A stretch of 64,000 nucleotides of DNA from Rugosibacter sp. Its GTDB lineage: Bacteria > Pseudomonadota > Gammaproteobacteria > Burkholderiales > Rhodocyclaceae. The translations under genes were made by a program, and so were the position numbers. Location of the stretch: assembly GCA_004322535.1 (NCBI GenBank), contig SCUZ01000063.1:5021-69020 (forward strand), in the 5' to 3' direction. Each line of letters opens with the position of its first letter. The stretch's first letter is position 1. A model generated the notes under the pieces. The model saw only the letters and a program-made list of their open reading frames with translations. It searched no databases and was not told where the DNA came from. Shown one piece after another: positions 11,139 to 18,093 of this stretch.

Positions 11139-12992
11139 TCAAAAAGTCGGCGCTGGTGACACGGCACGCAGAGGCGAGCAGGCATACAGCACCGCGTCAG
11201 GAAGGACAGCCAGCGGCGCAATGCTCGGGATCAGCTGTGTTGCCACCACCCAATCCACTATCGGATCAGCGCACAACGTCAGGCGACGGGACGCACCCTC
11301 TACCAATACCCCACGCCGCTGCCACTCGGTGAACTTCTCCTGCGAAAACACCACGCCAATGCCCTGCGCCTTGCTCCAATAATTGGCGGTATGCAGGGTC
11401 AGCCAGACTGTCAATTCCCGTTCCGGCCAGACCACAATATCGCCGCTCTGGATGTATTTGACGAATGGATGGGGTGACTGGCGGCTGTTCAGATAACTCG
11501 CTTCCATAAGCCGCAATGGCTCCGGACGCTTATCCCAGTATGCGAACACCCAGATCAGCAGCCCTGCGATAACAATTGGCATCATCTTCATCGCCAACAA
11601 CAGCATATTTTTCTGGCCAAACAGCCATGCCAACAACAACGGCAGTGGCCACATGCTCCCCGCTACAAGACCATGCAGCCAAAGAGCCTCTGGCCACCAA
11701 GGCGTAATAAAACGCGCACCGGCAATATCAAGCTCCACGATGAATCCCGGCAGCGCCACAAGCCAGAGCGCAATCATCACTACCCAAACCGTCTTGCGCC
11801 AGGAGCAAGCCCTTTCCGCGAGCATTACGAGATAATGCCTGGGCACAAGACTCGCCCCGCAGATTAGCCAGACAATGGGTTGAAGGAATGCGTCATCCAG
11901 TGCCATCAGTGCAAGCACACTACCAATCAGCAAAGGCACGACACGAAAAGTGGCTGATGCACATTGAATCACATCCAGCAAGGCAAAACCCGCGACCGGA
12001 ATCGCCAGCCAGAACACCCGCCAGGGTTGCCCCTGCACCACAATTTCGAGTGGCAGCCAATAGGCAGAAACCAGCGCCAGCAGCAACCCGCCACAAGTCA
12101 GCGCAAGCAGTCGCGCATACAGTGGTCGCAGTCGTTGGCTACCGGCACGTGCACCGGCGAGCAGTCCGGCCAGCACAGTAAAATACACCGGTAGCCGAGT
12201 GTTATCAGGCGACTTGAAAAGAATATCCGACGTGGCGCGCAGATAATCCAGCCACTCGCCGCCCATCAGGCGCCAGCGCGGAGCATCTAAATTGAGCATA
12301 CCAATAGCTATCAAAGCCAGCGTGGGGAGTAACGTCAGCGCAAGCGCCTGGCGCATCGGCAGACGGGTAAGTACAATCAGCACCAAGGGCCAGATACCCA
12401 GCAAAGGATGCAAAAGACATGACAATAGCGCAACCCCGCTGGCCCACCACGTCCTGCCGACGGCCAGCAGTCCTACTGCTATGACGCCGGCTGGCATGGC
12501 CCACGAGCGCGCCGTGGCGAAGTTTTCATTGAGCACAAAAACTGATGCGTTGGGCGAATAACTTACTGATAACATCACGCCGAACAGCACCGCAAAGCGC
12601 CCCGCCAGCGTGTCGCCACGCTCATTAGCCAGCATCGTGCGTGAAAGCGCAAACAACGCCGCAACCCACAGCGCACCGCCTGAAAGCACGACCAATCGCG
12701 CGGCGACATCCAGCCCCAGCACACGCACCAGCTCGCCATAGACTGGGGTGAACAGGCTAAGACTGCCTTGCGAACCAAAGCGGAAGAACAGATCGTTGGC
12801 TAGCGCCTCGGGATAAATCCAGTGCGCAGCGATCAGCCCATACACGCGCGCATCGTGCCAGATGCCTTGATAGGGATGATTAAGCAGCCAGAACAGGAAA
12901 GCCAGCAGCAGCAAGCTGCCTGTTGCCCAGGGGCCGTGCCGTATCAGCAGAGCCGACTTTTCAGTCGCTTTTTCAGCCGCCCTGGACGACAT
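11139..12992 (-). CDS. Large polytopic membrane protein (possible glycosyltransferase-C-like); function unknown
   Basis: 617 aa with many TM segments. Its last 8 codons plus the stop come from a copy of the 25-nt repeat, and a second copy sits near its 5' end. Confidence 0.55.
   Translation of the reverse strand: MSSRAAEKATEKSALLIRHGPWATGSLLLLAFLFWLLNHPYQGIWHDARVYGLIAAHWIYPEALANDLFFRFGSQGSLSLFTPVYGELVRVLGLDVAARLVVLSGGALWVAALFALSRTMLANERGDTLAGRFAVLFGVMLSVSYSPNASVFVLNENFATARSWAMPAGVIAVGLLAVGRTWWASGVALLSCLLHPLLGIWPLVLIVLTRLPMRQALALTLLPTLALIAIGMLNLDAPRWRLMGGEWLDYLRATSDILFKSPDNTRLPVYFTVLAGLLAGARAGSQRLRPLYARLLALTCGGLLLALVSAYWLPLEIVVQGQPWRVFWLAIPVAGFALLDVIQCASATFRVVPLLIGSVLALMALDDAFLQPIVWLICGASLVPRHYLVMLAERACSWRKTVWVVMIALWLVALPGFIVELDIAGARFITPWWPEALWLHGLVAGSMWPLPLLLAWLFGQKNMLLLAMKMMPIVIAGLLIWVFAYWDKRPEPLRLMEASYLNSRQSPHPFVKYIQSGDIVVWPERELTVWLTLHTANYWSKAQGIGVVFSQEKFTEWQRRGVLVEGASRRLTLCADPIVDWVVATQLIPSIAPLAVLPDAVLYACSPLRAVSPAPTF
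11142..11166 (+). repeat. 25-nt dispersed repeat, forward copy, 23/25
   Basis: aaaagtcggcgctggtgacacggca. Its antisense encodes the last residues AVSPAPTF plus the stop of the 617-aa membrane protein. Confidence 0.9.
12937..12961 (-). repeat. 25-nt dispersed repeat, reverse copy, 22/25
   Basis: tgccgtatcagcagagccgactttt. Lies in the 5' end of the 617-aa membrane-protein gene (EKSALLIRH). Confidence 0.75.
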
Positions 12993-13881
12993 GCATGAAC
13001 GCCGTTTCCAGCGATAGCGTCGGTTTAACCTCGATCACGGCATGCCCGGCAGCTTCCAGTGCATGCAGGGTTGGCCACAGTGCGGTGCGCGGCACTTCGA
13101 TCACCCAGCGGCCGCCGGGTTCTGGCTGCATGCCGGTCAACACCACGGCCGCGCCCTGGCTGCGCACCAGCACGCGATCATCCTCGCCTGCCAACTCGGC
13201 CGGTGAGCGCACAGCGCGCAGTTCGCCCTTGTGGATCAGGCCAAAGCGGTCGGCCAGGCGTTCGACATCGTGCAGCACATGCGAAGTCAAAAAAATCGTG
13301 CCGCCCTGCTGCCGGTAGTCGGCGAGGATATCCACTACATCACGGCGGCCGATCGGGTCGAGGCCAGACAGCGGCTCGTCGAGAATCAACAGGCGCGGCT
13401 GCACCGCCAGCGCATGCGCCAGCGCCGTGCGCTGCGCCATGCCTTTGGAAAACCCGCGCACGGTTTTATTGGCGACCTCGCCCAGACCAAGGCGCTCAAG
13501 CCATTGCATGCAGTGCGCCTTTTGATTCGCCCGCTGTTTCCCCATTTGCCGCTTGTGCAATGTCAGCCCCATGCCAAGAATTTCCAGCGGCGTCAGATAA
13601 TCCGGCAGACTGGGGTTTTCCGGCACATAGCCGAGGCCCTTGCGCGCAGCGCTATTCAGCACGTCGACGCCAAACAGGGCGGCATTGCCCTGCGATGGGC
13701 GCATCACGCCGGTAAGGATCTTGATCAGCGTGCTCTTGCCCGCACCATTCGGGCCGATGAAGCCAAACACTTCGCCCTCGGCAACGGTTAATGAAACGCC
13801 CTTCAATGCCTCAAACGGCGGCGATGCCCAGCGGCGCGGGTAGGTTTTGCGCAGGTCGTGGATGTCTATGGCATGAGTCAT
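12973..13881 (-). CDS. ABC transporter ATP-binding protein
   Basis: Walker A GPNGAGKST, signature-like FSKGMAQR, Walker B LLILDEP. Confidence 0.9.
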   Translation of the reverse strand: MTHAIDIHDLRKTYPRRWASPPFEALKGVSLTVAEGEVFGFIGPNGAGKSTLIKILTGVMRPSQGNAALFGVDVLNSAARKGLGYVPENPSLPDYLTPLEILGMGLTLHKRQMGKQRANQKAHCMQWLERLGLGEVANKTVRGFSKGMAQRTALAHALAVQPRLLILDEPLSGLDPIGRRDVVDILADYRQQGGTIFLTSHVLHDVERLADRFGLIHKGELRAVRSPAELAGEDDRVLVRSQGAAVVLTGMQPEPGGRWVIEVPRTALWPTLHALEAAGHAVIEVKPTLSLETAFMHVVQGG

Positions 13882-14726
13882 GATGGCGGAGGTGATGTAC
13901 GTAAAGCGATGTTGCCCTGCCGGTCGAAACCAAAGCCGAAACCGAATGGATCTTGCGGCAGCGCGGGGAGAATCCCGGAATTAACCAGTTCCTGCAGGTT
14001 GGGTACGGGCGCGCCGAAGCGCTCATGGTAACTTTCCGCTGCCATTTTCAGCTGCTGCAATTGGCGCAAACGCGCTACCCGCTGTTCGAGATAGACGCGA
14101 AAATCCTTACGCCGCGCTTCTTTAACCATCGCCTCGACGATGCGAATCGCCAGCTCGGTATCCTGCGCTTTATCCGCCCAGCGCGCGGCCATGTTCTGCA
14201 TGGTCAGTTGCTGGTCGGGGTCGGGCAGTTTTAATGCGGCTTCACGCATCCAGGCAGCAGCGCCTGCCGGATCGTGTTTGTAATACCACTGATTGAAGCC
14301 GTAAAAAAACGCGGGCTGGTAATCGAAAAATCGCACGCGGCTGGCACGCGCGAGAATCGTTTGCGTCGCATCCACTTCGCCATACTGAGGCAGAATCGCG
14401 AAGGCTATGTAGTAGTTATCTTCATGCGCGGGATTGAGCCAGGACACATCTTTTTGCACTTTGCCGAGAATGGCGTAATCCTCGGGTTTCATTTTCTCGG
14501 TGGAGACAACCAGGGCGCGAATCGCCGCGATGTTGGCTGCCAGATAACGGTCGCCCATGGCCAGGAACACTTGCACGAATAACGGCAAGGCCACTTGCAT
14601 CTCGACGACAACCATCTGCCGTGGCGCAGATTTCAACCGCTGCGTGATGGCGGCAAAAGTGAGTGCCAAAAGCACCGCCATGATGGCGACCGGCCATTGT
14701 TTGCGCAAACTGGTCACGATATTCAC
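13878..14726 (-). CDS. Hypothetical membrane-anchored/periplasmic protein
   Basis: 282 aa with an N-terminal TM/signal anchor. ATGA-coupled to the ABC ATPase. GTG start. No motif recognised. Confidence 0.5.
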   Translation of the reverse strand: MNIVTSLRKQWPVAIMAVLLALTFAAITQRLKSAPRQMVVVEMQVALPLFVQVFLAMGDRYLAANIAAIRALVVSTEKMKPEDYAILGKVQKDVSWLNPAHEDNYYIAFAILPQYGEVDATQTILARASRVRFFDYQPAFFYGFNQWYYKHDPAGAAAWMREAALKLPDPDQQLTMQNMAARWADKAQDTELAIRIVEAMVKEARRKDFRVYLEQRVARLRQLQQLKMAAESYHERFGAPVPNLQELVNSGILPALPQDPFGFGFGFDRQGNIALRTSPPPS

Positions 14727-14732
14727 TCTATC

Positions 14733-14757
14733 CGCCGTCTCATGAGCGCCGACTATT
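14733..14757 (-). repeat. 25-nt dispersed repeat, reverse copy, 21/25
   Basis: cgccgtctcatgagcgccgactatt. Intergenic. Confidence 0.6.
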
Positions 14758-14765
14758 CACGCTGG

Positions 14766-15566
14766 TTATTCAAAATCCCGGCAGGTGAAGGTCATCACCG
14801 CCAGGGTGAGCAGCAGTGCGGCGTAACTTGCCGCCATCAATAAACCCAACTCGACCGCCTGACTCGCAGGTGCCAGGTCGTACATCGGCCATGCCCGAAA
14901 ATCAAGCCGCGACAGATCAGGTAGCACCCATTGAATGGCCTCAATGACCGGCGCCAAACGCATCAATGCCTGGTCGCCGTCCGCCCCCCTGGCCAGATAC
15001 TCGGCCACCGCGCCCAGGCTCTTGCCACCCACGGCAAACGCCAGGCCCAGCGCCAAAGGCAGCATCGGCACGGTAGAGAAGGTGGAAACCCACAGCGCAA
15101 AGGCTGCAACCACCGCTGCATCAATCCACAACCCGGCTACGGTGCTCCAGTAGGGCAAACCAAGAACTACCGAAAAACCCTGCGCGTAACCTTTGCCCAA
15201 ACCCAGCACCACTACCCAGAGCAAAAGCCCGAGCAGCAAGGCTGCCAGGGCCAGCAGCCCGAGCACGCCCAGATAGCGGCCGACAATATAGCGGCCACGA
15301 GGCACTGGATAAGTGAGTGAAAACAACACCGTGCGCCGCTCGATTTCACGCGCGACCAGCTCTTGCACCCAGAACAGTGAAAACAAAATCAGCGTGATAC
15401 GCAGGCCAGACAAACCCACATCCAGCGCCACCGTCTGCGGTTGACGCGGAGAAAACGACGCGGAAAGATACGCGACCCCCATCAGCAAAGCACCGAGAAT
15501 CAGGATGGACTGAATACTCCGGCTACGCAGCCCGGCACGTCCGGCGGAAAGCATGAACTGCCACAT
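14766..15566 (-). CDS. ABC-2-type permease-like membrane protein
   Basis: 266 aa with 6 hydrophobic segments; first gene of the exporter cluster. Confidence 0.6.
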   Translation of the reverse strand: MWQFMLSAGRAGLRSRSIQSILILGALLMGVAYLSASFSPRQPQTVALDVGLSGLRITLILFSLFWVQELVAREIERRTVLFSLTYPVPRGRYIVGRYLGVLGLLALAALLLGLLLWVVVLGLGKGYAQGFSVVLGLPYWSTVAGLWIDAAVVAAFALWVSTFSTVPMLPLALGLAFAVGGKSLGAVAEYLARGADGDQALMRLAPVIEAIQWVLPDLSRLDFRAWPMYDLAPASQAVELGLLMAASYAALLLTLAVMTFTCRDFE

Positions 15567-15585
15567 GGCGTCACCTTAAGGAAAA

Positions 15586-15609
15586 AGAGCGCACCAGTGG
15601 GTGCGCTCT
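15586..15609 (-). terminator. Rho-independent terminator after the pilin pair
   Basis: Perfect 10-bp stem AGAGCGCACC (15586-15595) / GGTGCGCTCT (15600-15609) with a 4-nt loop. On the minus strand it is followed by TTTTTCC. Confidence 0.8.
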
Positions 15610-15632
15610 TTTCTAATGAAAAACAGCCTTAA

Positions 15633-16076
15633 TTACGAGGAGGAGGCAGTCGTCGCCAAGCCGTTTGCAGTCGTCACGTTAGCACCAGTGCACCCAGTAG
15701 TGGCACAGGTACCAGACTCAGCAATCCCGCCACCCGCACTTGAACCAATGAACGTCTTATTACCCTTTTTAGAACCGGAAGCCACAGCAAATGCAACGCC
15801 TGAAACTTCGTTGAAGCTTACAATCGTGTTTGCAGAACACTGCATATCAAAACCTGTTCTAACAAAAACCGGCGTCGCTACCGCGACACCAGCACCTCCA
15901 TTAATCAGCACCTTGGCGGCAACCCCGCCATTGCAGGCACATAGTTCACCAGTTGGCCCGGTTGAAGAGCTAGGTGCCGTAACATTCGCATTTGTGCCGG
16001 AGCCATCACAGGCCGCAGCAAACGCGCCTGCCGAGAAGAAGCTGGAGATCAAACCAATCACAAGTATCTTTTTCAT
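15633..16076 (-). CDS. Secreted Cys-rich Gly/Thr/Ala/Ser-rich protein; candidate detached pilin globular domain (PilA-C-like)
   Basis: Sec signal MKKILVIGLISSFFSAGAFAAA and six Cys. AAAGGA RBS. Begins 16 nt after the short pilin stop. Confidence 0.55.
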   Translation of the reverse strand: MKKILVIGLISSFFSAGAFAAACDGSGTNANVTAPSSSTGPTGELCACNGGVAAKVLINGGAGVAVATPVFVRTGFDMQCSANTIVSFNEVSGVAFAVASGSKKGNKTFIGSSAGGGIAESGTCATTGCTGANVTTANGLATTASSS

Positions 16077-16092
16077 TTGAATGTCCTTTGAA

Positions 16093-16272
16093 TTAGTTAG
16101 CGTTAGCGAGTGCAGAAGTCAGCAGATTTTTCGCATCCGACTGTGCGGCCTTGTTCTCGCCCTTCTTGGTGTACTCGGTGAACTGCGGAATCGCAATCGC
16201 GGCCAGAATGCCGATAATTGCCACGACAATCATCAGCTCGATCAGGGTAAAACCCTTTTGCAGCTTGTTCAT
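16093..16272 (-). CDS. Truncated type IVa pilin (59-aa prepilin, 52-aa predicted mature protein)
   Basis: [31 protein letters not shown], a class III signal with Gly-1, Phe+1 and Glu+5. AAGGAG RBS upstream of ATG 16272. The track start at 16290 is rejected. Confidence 0.85.
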   Translation of the reverse strand: MNKLQKGFTLIELMIVVAIIGILAAIAIPQFTEYTKKGENKAAQSDAKNLLTSALANAN

Positions 16273-16322
16273 ATGTAATCTCCTTTGCAAAGAAATGCGA
16301 CGGATGCCGCTACGATGGATAA

Positions 16323-16338
16323 AGCACAGGCCATGCCA
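16323..16338 (-). promoter_or_regulatory. Sigma-54 (-24/-12) promoter for the short pilin
   Basis: The minus strand reads TGGCATggcctGTGCT, with GG and GC at the exact TGGCAC-N5-TTGCW spacing. It ends about 50 nt upstream of the pilin ATG. Confidence 0.6.
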
Positions 16339-16413
16339 AAATATGAAACGCTGACTACACCAGCATTTGCACGTAACCCTTTAAAAAATTCTGCATACTA
16401 CCTGACAAAAAAC

Positions 16414-16439
16414 GTCACAACATGTCACATTGTGTCACA
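16414..16439. promoter_or_regulatory. Three direct GTCACA repeats at 10-bp phasing (candidate enhancer-binding-protein site)
   Basis: aacGTCACAacatGTCACAttgtGTCACAtt, with repeats at 16414, 16424 and 16434. They lie 75-115 bp upstream of the -24/-12 element. Confidence 0.45.
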
Positions 16440-16460
16440 TTCTTTCAAATTAATTCCGCA

Positions 16461-18083
16461 TTACGTCAATAGATCCGCCTCATTCACGGCGTCTATTTGC
16501 TCAGATTCAAGAAACTGCTCGGCATAACGTTGATAAACGCCTTGCTTGAAAAAAATATCAAAGAGATCGGGATCAATGTGGCCGTTCTTCTTGAAATTGG
16601 CGAGAATCTTCATCGCCTGCGAGAGCTTCATGCCATTCTTGTAGGGCCGGTCGCGCGCGGTGAGTGCCTCGAAAATGTCGGCAATCCCCATGGTGCGCGC
16701 CTGCACGCTCATTTGCTCGCGCGTGAGGCCCTTGGGATAACCTTTGCCATCCATACGCTCGTGATGGCCACCAGCGTATTCAGGTACATTTTTCAAATGC
16801 TTGGGCCAGGGTAATTGTTCCAGCATCTTGTTGGTGGCGACGATGTGATAGTTGATGGTTTCGCGTTCTTTTTGCGTTAGCGTGCCAGAGCGGATGGTGA
16901 GATTTTCTATTTCTTCTGCGGTAAGAAACTCAGTCTGCAAGCCATCCACATTCCGCCATTCCCGCTCAGTGCCGATCGTGCGCACGCGTTGTTGATCGCT
17001 TGCAGCCATGGATTCACAACCGATATTCGCCTGACGCAGAAAAGCACGGTCTGCATCCAACGCACGCAGTTGTTCAGCCAGCGTGCTCTGCACGCGGGCT
17101 TCGGCTGATGCATCGGTTTTTGCGCGCAGGGCTAATTGCTGGCGCAAGGCGGTAATTTCGGCATCGCGCTTTAATACCTCAAAGCGGGTATCAACCAAAT
17201 GAATGCGATCAAAAATAGTTTGCAGTTTGGTGGCTTTATCGACCACATGCACAGGCGTGGTGACTTTGCCGCAATCGTGTAACAAGCCGGCAATTTTTAG
17301 CTCGTAACGATCCTGGTCATTCATGGTAAACGCAGCTAATGGGCCTGTCGTGGTGGCATTCACGGCTTCGGCCAGCATCATGGTTAGCGCCGGCACTCGC
17401 TGGCAGTGGCCGCCGGTATAGGGTGATTTTTCGTCAATCGCCAGATTGATGAGCCTGATGAATGATTCGAAAAGCTCTTCTTGCTGGTTGATTAACTGTC
17501 GGGTAGTCAGCGCGATGGCGGCTTGTGATGCAAGCGACTCAGCCAGGCTTTGATCGGCTGCGGAAAAGGCAATCACCTCTCTTTTGACCGGATCGAACGC
17601 ATTAATCAGTTGCAGCACGCCAATGAGTTCGTCTTCGTGATTGACCATCGGTACCGTGAGGAAAGATTGCGAGCGATAGCCTGTTTGCTCGTCAAACGCA
17701 CGCGTGCCGGAAAAATCAAAGCCTTCTTCCATATACGCATCAGCGATATTGATCGTCTTGATATGGATGGCGGCATACGCGGCTACCATCGCGGTATTGG
17801 GCCGGCCTTTACTGTTAATGAGGGGCAGATCAGGGAAAGTAACCGGCTGCCCTGTCGTGCCACCCATCGAAATATTTAATGAGTCAGTGCGCATGATCTC
17901 AAAACGCAAGGCTGATCGATCTTCTGTCAAGAGATAAAGCGTGCCGCCGTCAGCATGAGTGATGGTTTTGGCAGCGACCAGGATGGCCTCAATCAGACGA
18001 TGAATATCGTGCTCTTTCGACAGCGACGCTCCAATGATGTTGAGTTGTTCCAGACGCGGAAAGAGTTTATTGTCTTTTTTCAT
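16461..18083 (-). CDS. GAF-domain HD-GYP cyclic-dinucleotide phosphodiesterase
   Basis: N-terminal GAF (..TGYRSQSFLTVPMVNHEDELIGVLQLIN) and C-terminal HD-GYP (LLHDCGK ... GGHHERMDGKGYP). Start moved to ATG 18083, 10 nt after the ATPase stop. Confidence 0.88.
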   Translation of the reverse strand: MKKDNKLFPRLEQLNIIGASLSKEHDIHRLIEAILVAAKTITHADGGTLYLLTEDRSALRFEIMRTDSLNISMGGTTGQPVTFPDLPLINSKGRPNTAMVAAYAAIHIKTINIADAYMEEGFDFSGTRAFDEQTGYRSQSFLTVPMVNHEDELIGVLQLINAFDPVKREVIAFSAADQSLAESLASQAAIALTTRQLINQQEELFESFIRLINLAIDEKSPYTGGHCQRVPALTMMLAEAVNATTTGPLAAFTMNDQDRYELKIAGLLHDCGKVTTPVHVVDKATKLQTIFDRIHLVDTRFEVLKRDAEITALRQQLALRAKTDASAEARVQSTLAEQLRALDADRAFLRQANIGCESMAASDQQRVRTIGTEREWRNVDGLQTEFLTAEEIENLTIRSGTLTQKERETINYHIVATNKMLEQLPWPKHLKNVPEYAGGHHERMDGKGYPKGLTREQMSVQARTMGIADIFEALTARDRPYKNGMKLSQAMKILANFKKNGHIDPDLFDIFFKQGVYQRYAEQFLESEQIDAVNEADLLT

Positions 18084-18093
18084 AGTGAGCGCC

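Noticed and set aside
15601-16080. 159-aa plus-strand ORF opposite the PilA-C-like gene.
   Set aside because: The minus-strand ORF has an RBS, a signal peptide and operon context with the pilin, and the terminator at 15586-15609 fits minus-strand transcription. The plus-strand ORF has no start context.
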